This document shows, one piece after another, positions 32,563 to 43,840 of a stretch of DNA of 64,000 nt (position 1 is the first letter of the stretch; every line of letters begins with the position of its first letter). The stretch covers positions 35,721 to 99,720 of the forward strand of contig CACLXJ010000001.1 of assembly GCA_902610845.1 (NCBI GenBank), written 5' to 3'. The translations under genes and the position numbers were made by a program. Below the pieces are notes generated by a model. That model was not told the origin of the DNA. It was given only the letters and a program-made list of their open reading frames with translations, and ran no database searches. This stretch comes from an uncultured Alphaproteobacteria bacterium. GTDB taxonomy: Bacteria; Pseudomonadota; Alphaproteobacteria; HIMB59; GCA-002718135.

Positions 32563-33442
32563 ATATTAATATAGCTTGTTGAATATACATTCTATTTTTT
32601 GCTTGCATTAGTACTACAGAATTTTTACCATCCAAAACATCGGATGTTACTTCTTGTCCTCTTTTAGCAGGTAAACAATGCATAAAAATTACATTTTTTG
32701 AAGCTTTACTTATAATTTTTTCATTCACAGTAAAATTTTTAAAATATTTCTTCTTATTATTACCTTTTTCACCCATAGAAATCCAAACATCAGTCATTAT
32801 GCAATTTGATTTCGTTGTACCTTCAATTGGGTCAGAATAATGTCTCAAATTTTTATTTTCAAACTTTGAAAATTCATTTTTATAATATTTAAATATTTGA
32901 TTGGGTACAACAATATTAAGTTTAAAGTTATAAATATTTTGCAAATGAATTAATGAACGCAAAACATTATTGTAATCACCAACCCAAGCAATACTTACAT
33001 TTTTATACTTATTAAACTTCTCTTGTATAGTTAAAAAATCTCCCAGTATTTGACAGGGATGACTATATTCAGTCAGGCCATTGATTATCGGAAGAATATT
33101 TTCTTTACTTAAATTTACTATTTGTGTGTGATTATTATTTCTTATCATTAGACAATCAATATATTGATTTAATACATTAAGAACATCTTCGGCTTTTTCT
33201 CTTTTATTATCAAAGCCAATATCTTTACTTTGTAGCTCTAAAACGGAACCTCCTAACTTTTGCATTCCTACATTGAAGCTTAATCTAGTTCTAAGTGACT
33301 GCTTTTCAAAAATTAAACCTAGAGTTTTATCCTTACAAGATGAAGAATATTTTTTTGGATTTTTTTTTATTTTTTTTGCAAGTAAAATTATTTCATCAAT
33401 TTCCTTTTTTTTAAAATTATTAATATCAATAAAATGTTTCAT
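32546..33442 (-). CDS. argF: Ornithine carbamoyltransferase
   Basis: 298 aa. 'FEKQSLRTRLSF' (STRT-like carbamoyl-phosphate site), 'HPCQ' and 'FMHCLPA' are OTCase motifs. Confidence 0.88.
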   Translation of the reverse strand: MKHFIDINNFKKKEIDEIILLAKKIKKNPKKYSSSCKDKTLGLIFEKQSLRTRLSFNVGMQKLGGSVLELQSKDIGFDNKREKAEDVLNVLNQYIDCLMIRNNNHTQIVNLSKENILPIINGLTEYSHPCQILGDFLTIQEKFNKYKNVSIAWVGDYNNVLRSLIHLQNIYNFKLNIVVPNQIFKYYKNEFSKFENKNLRHYSDPIEGTTKSNCIMTDVWISMGEKGNNKKKYFKNFTVNEKIISKASKNVIFMHCLPAKRGQEVTSDVLDGKNSVVLMQAKNRMYIQQAILIYVLKK

Positions 33443-34617
33443 TAAGATAGTTCTTTTATACTCTTTTTAATTATTGTAATTGATTTATCAATCTCTTTAT
33501 AAGATACAATAAGTGGTGGAGCTAATCTTACTGTATTATCTGCAGCAGGTACATTAAGTAATTTATTTTTTTTAAGTTGTTCAGAGAAATCTATATTGCT
33601 AATATTTGTTTTAATGCCCAATAAAAGTCCTGCACCTCTAACCTCTGAAATAATATTAGAAGAATTCTCTAATTTTTTTAAATTTTTCCAAAAATATCTA
33701 GCCGTTTTATCAACTTTAGAAAGAAATGTTTTATTTGAGATAATTTTTAAAACTTCTAAACCTACACTCATGGCTAACGGATTACCACCATAGGTTGATC
33801 CATGACTACCTTTAGTCATTGCAACACATGCTTTGGTTGTTGACATACAGGCTCCAAGCGGAAAACCCGACCCAATCCCTTTTGCTACAGACATAATATC
33901 AGGTTTTATTTTAGCCCATTCATGTGAAAATAATTTACCAGATCTGCCAAATCCACACTGAACTTCATCAAAAAAAAGTAAGATGTTATTTTCATCACAA
34001 ATTTTCCTTAATAATTTTAAAAAACTTAGACTCGCAGGGCGAATACCTCCTTCTCCCTGAATTGGTTCTATAATAATACCAGCTGTTTTTTTATTTATTG
34101 AAGATATTAATTTTTTTTTATTATTAAATTCAATTTGTTTAAAGCCTTTAAGCATAGGGCCAAAGCCATTAGAGTATTTTTTGTTTTTTTGTGCTGAAAG
34201 TGCCCCATAAGTTCTTCCATGAAAAGCACCATCAAAAGTAATAATCTCTGTTTTTTTGGTCTTGTGATATGAATGATATCCTCTTATTATTTTAATTCCA
34301 CATTCAATAGATTCAGCTCCTGAATTAGTAAAAAAGACTTTTTCTGCAAAAGAATTTTTACAAAGTAATTTTGCAAATTGTTCTTGTTTTTTAATTCTAT
34401 ATAAGTTTGAAACATGCCAAAGTTGTTTTGATTGCCTATTAAGTGCCTCTATAAGCTTAGGATGACAATGACCAAGAGAATTTACAGCTATTCCACTTGC
34501 AAAATCTAAATATTTTGTATTTTGACTCGAGTATAAATAACATCCTTTGCCTTTTGCAAATTCAAGAGATTTGTTCCCATAAGTTGGCATTACGTTTGAT
34601 AAAAGTTTACTAACCAT
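33442..34617 (-). CDS. argD: Acetylornithine aminotransferase (class III PLP aminotransferase)
   Basis: 391 aa. 'FFDEVQCGFGRSGKLF' and 'DIMSVAKGIGSGFPLGA' (PLP-Lys context) are present. It is adjacent to argF. Confidence 0.88.
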   Translation of the reverse strand: MVSKLLSNVMPTYGNKSLEFAKGKGCYLYSSQNTKYLDFASGIAVNSLGHCHPKLIEALNRQSKQLWHVSNLYRIKKQEQFAKLLCKNSFAEKVFFTNSGAESIECGIKIIRGYHSYHKTKKTEIITFDGAFHGRTYGALSAQKNKKYSNGFGPMLKGFKQIEFNNKKKLISSINKKTAGIIIEPIQGEGGIRPASLSFLKLLRKICDENNILLFFDEVQCGFGRSGKLFSHEWAKIKPDIMSVAKGIGSGFPLGACMSTTKACVAMTKGSHGSTYGGNPLAMSVGLEVLKIISNKTFLSKVDKTARYFWKNLKKLENSSNIISEVRGAGLLLGIKTNISNIDFSEQLKKNKLLNVPAADNTVRLAPPLIVSYKEIDKSITIIKKSIKELS

Positions 34618-34619
34618 AT

Positions 34620-35390
34620 TTAAAATTTAATTTTATATCCTTTGTGAAACATAAAATAGCATAATAAAATTAATATAATATTAATAATTATTAAGAAGAT
34701 TGATCCTTGTATTAATGAGCTATCAGAAATACCCGTAAAAGCATATCTGAAACCATCAATATTATAGAAGAATGGATTGAATGAGGAAACTGTCTGCCAA
34801 AACTCTGGAAGTCTCGAAATTGAATAAAATGTTCCTGACAAAAAAGTAAGAGGTAAAACTATAAAATTAGTTATACCTTGTTGTTGATCCCATTTGTCTG
34901 CCCATATTCCAACAATTGTTCCCAAAGTTCCCATCATTGTACACCCCATTAATGTAAAAAATATTAAAGCAATGTAAGAATGAACGGTTAAAGGAACAAA
35001 CATCATAACCCCCAAAGTAGTAACTATACCGCAAACAATACCTCTACAAACAGAGCCAATAATAAAACCAAATGCTAGTTCAGCATTATTTAGTGGAGCC
35101 ATTAATATGTCTACAATATTTCCTTGAAATTTTGATTGACCAATACTTGATGCGGAATTAGCGAAAGCGTTTTGCAACATAGTCATCATTATTAGACCGG
35201 GTGCAATGAAATAAGGGAGATCAATCCCATTTATAGAATTTACAGATCTACCTAGAGCTAAACTAAAAACTGCTAAAAATAATAAAGAGCTAATAGCTGG
35301 TCCAATCACAGTTTGTATTCCAACTTTTAAGAACCTAAAGACTTCTTTTTTTACTAATGTAAGAAAACAAAGATAATTATAGTAAATCAT
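34620..35390 (-). CDS. ABC-2 type transporter permease
   Basis: 256 aa with 6 predicted TM segments. ABC-2 family look ('FKVGIQTVIGPAISSLLFL...'), similar to YadH/NodJ. Confidence 0.75.
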   Translation of the reverse strand: MIYYNYLCFLTLVKKEVFRFLKVGIQTVIGPAISSLLFLAVFSLALGRSVNSINGIDLPYFIAPGLIMMTMLQNAFANSASSIGQSKFQGNIVDILMAPLNNAELAFGFIIGSVCRGIVCGIVTTLGVMMFVPLTVHSYIALIFFTLMGCTMMGTLGTIVGIWADKWDQQQGITNFIVLPLTFLSGTFYSISRLPEFWQTVSSFNPFFYNIDGFRYAFTGISDSSLIQGSIFLIIINIILILLCYFMFHKGYKIKF

Positions 35391-35423
35391 ATTAGGAGTT
35401 TTCTTTTAATATATTTAAATTAT

Positions 35424-35909
35424 TTGTATATTAATTTAGTGGACGAAAAAAAACTGTTAAAATATGCCGTTGATTACTTAAGCAAATATGATTCCTCAAA
35501 GAATAATTTAGTTAGTGTACTTAAAAGAAAAATTTTAAGATTAAATGTAACAAATTTTGAGAAAAAAAAACTCATTGATATTATTGAGATTATAATTTTA
35601 AAATTAGAAAAAAATAAATTTATTGATGATGATAGATATAGCTCAACAAAAATTCTTTCTTTATCAAATTCTGGAAGATCTAAGAATTATATTTTCAATT
35701 ACTTGATTAAAAAAGGAGTGAGTAAATCTCAAATTCAAAATAATTTAAACTTAATGAAGCAAGATAACGATAATTGGGAATTAGAGTCAGCAAAAATATT
35801 TGCTAAAAAAAAGAAATTGTTGGAAAAAAATGAAAGTTATGAAAAAAAATTAGCAAAAATGGCAAGAGCTGGTTTTAGCTATGACATATGTAAGAAAATA
35901 TTAGGTTAG
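35424..35909 (+). CDS. recX: RecX-family regulatory protein
   Basis: 161 aa and helical-repeat-like. 'AVDYLSKYDSSKNNLVSVLKRK' resembles the RecX N-terminus. The start is uncertain (TTG at 35424 or GTG at 35439). Confidence 0.55.
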   Translation: MYINLVDEKKLLKYAVDYLSKYDSSKNNLVSVLKRKILRLNVTNFEKKKLIDIIEIIILKLEKNKFIDDDRYSSTKILSLSNSGRSKNYIFNYLIKKGVSKSQIQNNLNLMKQDNDNWELESAKIFAKKKKLLEKNESYEKKLAKMARAGFSYDICKKILG

Positions 35910-36910
35910 CTTTCTTTTATATGAATCTTACCTTCTAATAATCTTGCAATTTGTTTGGTTGTTTCAAATCTTTCAAATGAAATTCTAATGATTGCAGTTA
36001 ACGGTGCCGCGAGAAGAACTCCAATAAAGCCCCAAATCATTCCCCAGAATATTAAGGATAAAATAATTGTAATTGGATGTAATCCAAAACTCTCACCAAA
36101 TATTTTAGGTTCTACAAAATTTCCTACTATTTGATGAATAATCGTAGGTAAAATTATAATTAATACAACTAATGTTGGGTCGTTGTATTGAAGGAAAGCA
36201 ATTGGTAATGGAAGTAAAACAGCAATTACAGAACCAATAACTGGAATAAAATTTAAAATAAATGTTAAACTTCCAAAAATGAAAGCTAATTCTAGACCTA
36301 AAAACCAATAAATTAATCCTGCTGCAATGCCAGTAAAAGCTGATGTTAAAAATTTAGTAAATATATATTTTTTTACTAATCTAATAATATCATTCCATTC
36401 ATCTGAAGTATTTTTAGGAGGAGTTCCTAATAATAAAAATAATGTTATAATTATAACTAAGAGAAACTTTGAAATAAAATTTGCACTATTACTTAATATA
36501 GTTGCAGCCCAATTAGTAATGGGTAACTCTGCAATTGTATTTCTAATTGTTTCTCTATCAATATCAATTTCAAATTGTTGCAGTTGTATTATGACTGCCT
36601 CAATTAAAATGATTACTTTTTGATTATAATCATCTGCAGACTCCAAGAATGTTGTAACAGAAGAAACAATAAAAGGAACTATAATTGAGAATAAAAGTAC
36701 AATTAAACAAATACTTATAAAAACTGCTATAAATCTGTGTACACGAAGATTTATAGTCTGAAAATCAATTATTGGATCAATCAATATCCTTAAAAGAAGT
36801 GCTAAAACAAATGGGACCATTATAGGTTGAGAAAAATTTAAAATAAATGCCACAGCAATACTAGCTAATATAAAAAGAGAGCCAGAAATTACACGATTAC
36901 TTTCGTTCAT
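35906..36910 (-). CDS. AI-2E family transporter (PerM/YhhT-like permease)
   Basis: 334 aa and polytopic. Contains the AI-2E motif 'IVGNFVEPKIFGESFGLHPITIILSLIFWGMIWGFIGVLLAAPLT'. Confidence 0.8.
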   Translation of the reverse strand: MNESNRVISGSLFILASIAVAFILNFSQPIMVPFVLALLLRILIDPIIDFQTINLRVHRFIAVFISICLIVLLFSIIVPFIVSSVTTFLESADDYNQKVIILIEAVIIQLQQFEIDIDRETIRNTIAELPITNWAATILSNSANFISKFLLVIIITLFLLLGTPPKNTSDEWNDIIRLVKKYIFTKFLTSAFTGIAAGLIYWFLGLELAFIFGSLTFILNFIPVIGSVIAVLLPLPIAFLQYNDPTLVVLIIILPTIIHQIVGNFVEPKIFGESFGLHPITIILSLIFWGMIWGFIGVLLAAPLTAIIRISFERFETTKQIARLLEGKIHIKES

Positions 36911-38046
36911 TATTTTTTAGTAGATTGAGGATTAAAAATCTCAGTTCTTTCATCAGATAATTTTTCAACATAAAGTGATTGACTCGGAAACGCAAAACCT
37001 GCTTTATTCTTTTCAATAATTTCAATTATTTTGACAGCAAGAGTTTCTTTAATTTTTAAAAATTCAGCCCAATCATTCGTAACTGTAAATGTTTGCACTA
37101 GCATATCAATAGAACTATCAGAAAAACTATCTATACGAACGTAGAAACTTGCGTTTTGATTTTTTGCAAAGTTATCATCTTTTTCAATTAAGTTTTTTAT
37201 CTCATCTCTAATATTTTTTAATTGATCAATACTAGTTCTATATTCTAATCCAATAAGCCATCTTATACGTCTATGATGTCTTCTTGTATAATTAGTAACA
37301 GATTGCTCAGCAAATTTATAATTTGGAACCATTACGGGTGTTGAGTCAAATCTCCTAACAAGTGTTGATCTAAATCCAATTTGTTCTACAACTCCCTCTA
37401 CTTCACCAGAAACTAAAATGACATCACCTACAGTAAACCTTTTTTCCATAAGTATCATGATCCCACTTATTAAATTTTTAAATAAATCTTGTGCTCCTAA
37501 CGCAACTGCTACACCAAATAAACCTAATCCTGCAATTACAGGACCAACTCTTATTCCCCATAATTCTAAAATAGCAACTGAGCCAAGAACTATTACAAGA
37601 ATTTTTAAACCTTTTAATGTCCAATCAACTAATGGCTTAGAAATCTTTGATTCAAAATTTTTAATTACAAATGAAAATGGAATAATTAGTTGATGTAGTA
37701 ACCAAAATATAAAAATTGTTATTAGAGATCTATTAATTAAATCAAGAATATCTTGATTATTATCAGTAACATCTAAATATGATGAAGCTATGAAAAAACC
37801 AATAACGACAGGAAAAAATTTTAATGGTCCGTCAAGTACTTCAATAACAGCATCATCAATCTGATTGGCAGTTCTGGATACTATTCTTGATAATCGATTA
37901 AGAATGAATCTAGCAATCAATCTTCTTAATAAATAAAAAAGTAAGAAAATTATTAAACTAACAATGATATCTGAAGCATTTATGCCAAAAACACCATTAT
38001 TCCATACATCTAAAAAAAGATTGTTAAAGCTATTGAATGATTCCAT
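36910..38046 (-). CDS. Mechanosensitive ion channel (MscS family)
   Basis: 378 aa. 'GVAVALGAQDLFKNLISGIMILMEKRFTVGDVI' is the MscS pore-helix/beta-domain signature. Confidence 0.85.
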   Translation of the reverse strand: MESFNSFNNLFLDVWNNGVFGINASDIIVSLIIFLLFYLLRRLIARFILNRLSRIVSRTANQIDDAVIEVLDGPLKFFPVVIGFFIASSYLDVTDNNQDILDLINRSLITIFIFWLLHQLIIPFSFVIKNFESKISKPLVDWTLKGLKILVIVLGSVAILELWGIRVGPVIAGLGLFGVAVALGAQDLFKNLISGIMILMEKRFTVGDVILVSGEVEGVVEQIGFRSTLVRRFDSTPVMVPNYKFAEQSVTNYTRRHHRRIRWLIGLEYRTSIDQLKNIRDEIKNLIEKDDNFAKNQNASFYVRIDSFSDSSIDMLVQTFTVTNDWAEFLKIKETLAVKIIEIIEKNKAGFAFPSQSLYVEKLSDERTEIFNPQSTKK

Positions 38047-38072
38047 AAGCGATATATTTATTACTCATTAAC

Positions 38073-38609
38073 ATGAAAATTAAATTTTTACTTACTTTTT
38101 TGATTATGTTTAACTTAAAGAATACTTTATTAGCTAATGATACTGTGAATTTATATGACTTTTCATTTGAGGATATAGACGGCAATCAAGTAAATTTAGA
38201 AAAATTTTCTGGTAAACCGATTTTGATTGTTAATACTGCATCAAGATGTGGTTTTACACCTCAATATGAAGATCTTCAAAATTTATTTATTAATTATAGA
38301 AAAAGTGATTTAACAATTATAGCTACTACCAGTAATTCATTCAATCAAGAATACTCAGATAATGAGGATATCAAAAAAATATGTTTAGTAAATTATGGAG
38401 TAGGTTTTGTTACATCTTCCCCAATGAATGTTAAAGGAAGTGATGCTCATCCTATCTTTTCATGGATAGATGAAGAATACAACGTATCACCAAAATGGAA
38501 TTTTTATAAATATTTATTTAATAGAAATGGTGAATTAGTTAAGTCTTGGTCATCTATGACAAAACCTGATAGCTCTAAAATTACCAATCAAATCGATCTT
38601 TTGATTTAA
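38073..38609 (+). CDS. Glutathione peroxidase (Cys-type)
   Basis: 178 aa. 'LIVNTASRCGFTPQY' is the GPx active site with Cys and no in-frame TGA. 'KWNFYKYLFNRNGELV' is also present. Confidence 0.88.
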   Translation: MKIKFLLTFLIMFNLKNTLLANDTVNLYDFSFEDIDGNQVNLEKFSGKPILIVNTASRCGFTPQYEDLQNLFINYRKSDLTIIATTSNSFNQEYSDNEDIKKICLVNYGVGFVTSSPMNVKGSDAHPIFSWIDEEYNVSPKWNFYKYLFNRNGELVKSWSSMTKPDSSKITNQIDLLI

Positions 38610-38620
38610 ATAAAAAAAAA

Positions 38621-38638
38621 GGGCAAATAAATTTGCCC
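38621..38638. terminator. Hairpin terminator between convergent gpx and groEL
   Basis: 'GGGCAAATAAATTTGCCC' is preceded by A9, which reads as a U-run for the minus-strand groEL transcript. Confidence 0.6.
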
Positions 38639-38663
38639 TCTTCTATTAAAATTTAATAATCAA

Positions 38664-40349
<1,686 letters not shown>

Positions 40350-40655
40350 TTATTTTTTTTTCTTAGATGAAGTAATAATACCCATAATGTCAGACTCTTT
40401 CATAATAAGATAATCTGCACCATTCATTTTTACTTCAGTCCCTGACCATTTACCAAATAATATCTTGTCACCTTTTTTAACATCTAAAGGCACCAATTTA
40501 CCCATTTCGTCTCTTGCGCCAGAACCTATTTCAAGTACTTCACCTTCCATTGGTTTTTCCTGAGCAGTATCAGGTATAATTATACCTCCTGCAGTCTTTT
40601 CATCAGAATCTACTCGTTTTACGAGAACTCTGTCATGTAAAGGTTTAAAATTCAT
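40350..40655 (-). CDS. groS: Co-chaperonin GroES
   Basis: 101 aa. Starts '[14 protein letters not shown]' and contains '[13 protein letters not shown]'. Confidence 0.97.
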   Translation of the reverse strand: MNFKPLHDRVLVKRVDSDEKTAGGIIIPDTAQEKPMEGEVLEIGSGARDEMGKLVPLDVKKGDKILFGKWSGTEVKMNGADYLIMKESDIMGIITSSKKKK

Positions 40656-40697
40656 ATTTCCTCTTTTGTTAACTAATTGAAATTTAGTGTTTTTTTA

Positions 40698-40724
40698 TTA
40701 GCACTCCCATTATAAGAGTGCTAA
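40698..40724. promoter_or_regulatory. CIRCE operator (HrcA binding site) upstream of groES
   Basis: Exact 'TTAGCACTC-N9-GAGTGCTAA' inverted repeat, 43-69 nt upstream of the groES start. Confidence 0.85.
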
Positions 40725-40805
40725 TTATTTAAGCATTATTAAAGCCTATTCAAGAAGAATCCAAAAAAAAATTCGAATTAACTAAAGTTATGATATTTTA
40801 AAAAA

Positions 40806-41825
40806 ATGCTGTTTTTTAATGTTTTTTTTAGAACTCTTGGTTTTTTAAGTGCATTAATAATTTTTTTTGTTTTTATTAATATTTTACTTCATTTTTCAAA
40901 TAATATTCAAAAAAATCAATTTGTAATGACTGATGGCATTGAAAGCTCCAATAATATTTTAGCAAAAATTAATTTAAATGGACCTATTTTTAATAATAAT
41001 AATAATTTATTGGGAAATAATTTTTATAATTATATAAACCCTGAACAGGTAAAATCTTATTTAGAAGAATTAAAACAATTCAAAATAAAGGTTTTACTTA
41101 TTAATATAAACTCACCGGGCGGGACTGTTAGTGCTACAGCTGAGTTAGAGAAAATTTTATATGATTTCAAAAAAGAAACAAACACGAAAGTATATTTTTA
41201 TACAAAAGAAATTTTAGCATCCGGAGGATATTGGGTTGCAACTGCAGCTGATAAGATATTTGCCTCTTATGGATCAATTATAGGTAGTATAGGAGTAAGT
41301 GGCCCAAGTTGGTTCTACTATAATACACCATTAAGCCTATCTTCAGGAATCTTTGGCCAGACAATTGAAACTAAGGAAGGAATAGAAGTTTTTAACCAGA
41401 ATGCTGGAGAAGGTAAAGATTTATTTAATCCATTTAGACGACCTAAAACTGATGAAATCAAACACTTACAAAATATCGTTGATGATGTTTATAATGATTT
41501 TGTAACAAAAGTTTCAAAAAGTCGTAAAATTGAAATTTCAAATTTAAAAAATAATATTGGCGCTTTAATTTACAGCAGCAATCAGGCAAAAAATAATTTT
41601 TTGATTGACGATATTTTGAATTACGAAGCACTTATCAAATTAATAATTAAGGAAAATGAATTTGAAGATTACAAAATTTATGAAAATAAAGTTAGCAATT
41701 CTATTTTAACAAATCTATTGGTTAGGTACAAAGATCAAACTAATAAGTTTTCCTTTGAAAACATTTGTAGAAATTTAGAAACTAATATTAGTGTTGTAAT
41801 TCCAATTTATTTAAATGATTGTTAA
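40806..41825 (+). CDS. sppA: Signal peptide peptidase SppA (36K type)
   Basis: 339 aa. Has an N-terminal TM segment, 'INSPGGTVSA' and 'ASGGYWVATAADKIFA', which are ClpP/crotonase-fold S49 peptidase motifs. Confidence 0.8.
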   Translation: MLFFNVFFRTLGFLSALIIFFVFINILLHFSNNIQKNQFVMTDGIESSNNILAKINLNGPIFNNNNNLLGNNFYNYINPEQVKSYLEELKQFKIKVLLININSPGGTVSATAELEKILYDFKKETNTKVYFYTKEILASGGYWVATAADKIFASYGSIIGSIGVSGPSWFYYNTPLSLSSGIFGQTIETKEGIEVFNQNAGEGKDLFNPFRRPKTDEIKHLQNIVDDVYNDFVTKVSKSRKIEISNLKNNIGALIYSSNQAKNNFLIDDILNYEALIKLIIKENEFEDYKIYENKVSNSILTNLLVRYKDQTNKFSFENICRNLETNISVVIPIYLNDC

Positions 41826-41826
41826 T

Positions 41827-42849
41827 TTAAATTATATCACTTAGTTCCTTAATTTTAACAATTAGATTTTTATAGTAATTACTTTGAGACAAAACATTAT
41901 TATGAATATATTTTTTAGCTAAAGTAGAATGATTATCAACATCAACTGTATCAGAAACAATTTTATTATGTTTAAGATTATTAATAAGAGATAAATTTAA
42001 ATATCTGTCTTCAAGAATTTTTTCATTATCTCTAAAAGAAGGTGTAATCTCAAAAATTTCAGTACCAGGTTTGCAAAATATAATATTTGCTAAATTGGAT
42101 CCATGTGGTGCAATAATTTTTTCAGCATTTGAAAAAATTTCAATTTGCTCTTCAATTTCATATAACTGAGGATTGATAACTTTATATCCTTTTTCTCTTA
42201 AAAGACTTATAACATCCCCTTCATTTATAATTTTTCTATAATTTGAATCTTCTCTAGTTACATATATTTTTTTACTTATTTCATTATTAGTTTTTGGATT
42301 TATAAATTTTTTTAATATTGTAATTGAATCATTCATATTTAAAAACTGAGGAAAATCAGAGTCAATAAAATGATAAAAATCATCATCTAAAAACACGAAT
42401 GTAAATTCAATATTTAAAGATTTTAAAATACTTCCAATAAAATTTCTATATTTGTTTGATGAGTTTCTATGAATTGCTAGTTTTAGATTTGTTTTTTTAT
42501 TAAAGAAAATTCTTGGAAGAAATTGTAGTAAATTTGAATAATAATTATTACCCGCATTTGATCCAAGAACAAAAAGTTCTTCAAAATTTTTTAATGAATT
42601 TTTATTGTCAGTAAAATTATCAAAAAATTTTTGCGAGTAAAAATGAGAGGTATTGTTAAGATCTCTTGTAAATAATGATGAGAATGTTTCATCATTCTCA
42701 GTTATTGGAAAATAGTAAAACGAATCAGAAAAAAAATTACCCTTAAGTATGTTGCAATTAATTGATAAATTACTAAAATTTGTATTAACAAACAAATTTA
42801 ATAAACGTTTATCACTTTTTATTTTGTTAGCATTTATATCAGTAATCAT
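41827..42849 (-). CDS. Glycosyltransferase, DUF563/GT61-like
   Basis: 340 aa. C-terminal 'IIAPHGSNLANIIFCKPGTEIFEI' matches the DUF563 (GT61) motif. Confidence 0.6.
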   Translation of the reverse strand: MITDINANKIKSDKRLLNLFVNTNFSNLSINCNILKGNFFSDSFYYFPITENDETFSSLFTRDLNNTSHFYSQKFFDNFTDNKNSLKNFEELFVLGSNAGNNYYSNLLQFLPRIFFNKKTNLKLAIHRNSSNKYRNFIGSILKSLNIEFTFVFLDDDFYHFIDSDFPQFLNMNDSITILKKFINPKTNNEISKKIYVTREDSNYRKIINEGDVISLLREKGYKVINPQLYEIEEQIEIFSNAEKIIAPHGSNLANIIFCKPGTEIFEITPSFRDNEKILEDRYLNLSLINNLKHNKIVSDTVDVDNHSTLAKKYIHNNVLSQSNYYKNLIVKIKELSDII

Positions 42850-42905
42850 TTTATATAGTTAATTAATACAGATTTGAACAAATTTATATAATAACATTTT
42901 AATTT

Positions 42906-42982
42906 TGGCGCGCCTGAGAAGAGTCGAACTCCTAACCTTATGATCCGTAGTCATACGCTCTATCCAATTGAGCTACAGGCGC
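42906..42982 (-). tRNA. tRNA-Arg (anticodon ACG)
   Basis: The reverse complement folds by hand as a 77-nt cloverleaf. Acceptor GCGCCTG/CAGGCGC, anticodon arm TATGA-CTACGGA-TCATA, T-loop TTCGACT, encoded CCA. Confidence 0.9.
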
Positions 42983-43036
42983 TTAAAATATTATACACTT
43001 TATATAAATCGTATGCTACTTTATAAAAAAATTAGT

Positions 43037-43600
43037 ATGCAAATTATAATAGCATTCATTTCAATTATAATTTTTAGCCAAGTAAGTAATGCAGATATTG
43101 GTAAAGAAACTGGTCTAGAAATTCCAAGGTACGTATCTTTAAAATCTAATGATGCAAATATTCGTGTTGGTCCAAGTAAGAATTACCCTATTGAAATTAA
43201 GTACATAAAAAAATATTACCCTTTAAAAGTATTAGAAGAGTATGAAGATTGGAGAAAAGTAGAAGATTTTCAGAAAAATTTTGGATGGATTCATAAAAGT
43301 TTAATTTCCGGTACTAGAACAGGCATTGTTTTATCAAATGATAATAAAACTATTAAATTATTAAATACTTTGAATGGCTATGTTATTGGAGAGATAGGAA
43401 AGGGAAATATTGTTTTTTTAAAAAAATGTAAAATTGATTGGTGTTTACTGTCATCAAAAAATTACAAAGGTTGGATAGATAAAAAATATATTTGGGGTGT
43501 TAAAGAAAAAGAAATAATTAATATTAGCTTTTTCCAAAGATTTGATGATTTATATTGGAAAAGTGTTAACTATCTAAAAAAAATTCAAAGAGGGTTTTAA
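43037..43600 (+). CDS. Secreted bacterial SH3-domain protein (DUF1058/COG3807-like)
   Basis: Signal peptide 'MQIIIAFISIIIFSQVSNA', then 'PRYVSLKSNDANIRVGPSKNYPIEIKY...EDWRKVEDFQKNFGWIHKSL'. The table start at 42968 would overlap the tRNA, so I prefer the ATG at 43037. Confidence 0.7.
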   Translation: MQIIIAFISIIIFSQVSNADIGKETGLEIPRYVSLKSNDANIRVGPSKNYPIEIKYIKKYYPLKVLEEYEDWRKVEDFQKNFGWIHKSLISGTRTGIVLSNDNKTIKLLNTLNGYVIGEIGKGNIVFLKKCKIDWCLLSSKNYKGWIDKKYIWGVKEKEIINISFFQRFDDLYWKSVNYLKKIQRGF

Positions 43601-43603
43601 AAT

Positions 43604-43678
43604 TGGCTGGGGCGGTAGGATTCGAACCTACGAATGCCGACTCCAAAAACCGGTGCCTTACCGCTTGGCGACGCCCCA
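43604..43678 (-). tRNA. tRNA-Gln (anticodon UUG)
   Basis: The 75-nt reverse complement 'TGGGGCGTCGCCAAGCGGTAAGGCACCGGTTTTTGGAGTCGGC...GCCCCAGCCA' is closely collinear with E. coli tRNA-Gln as I recall it. Anticodon loop TTTTGGA. Confidence 0.9.
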
Positions 43679-43840
43679 AAATATGATTACTCTCTAGTAT
43701 TTAGCATAAAATAAGTCAAATTCTTCGAGTGCGACATTACCATAAAAAGGGATAAAAAGCAGAAAAAGTAACAAGTGTTGATTCCAGATTGATTCAAAAC
43801 AAGGGATTTACATTTTTAAAGCTAAACCTATCTAATTTTT

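Noticed and set aside
38073-38609. Possible selenocysteine recoding in glutathione peroxidase.
   Set aside because: The active-site residue is encoded as Cys ('ASRCGFT'). There is no in-frame TGA and no SECIS-like hairpin.
42906-43678. Two tRNA genes flanking the SH3-domain gene, as a possible integration hotspot or mobile element boundary.
   Set aside because: No integrase, transposase, phage gene or repeated tRNA 3' fragment is visible in the window. The idea is kept only as weak context for the downstream secreted-protein cluster.
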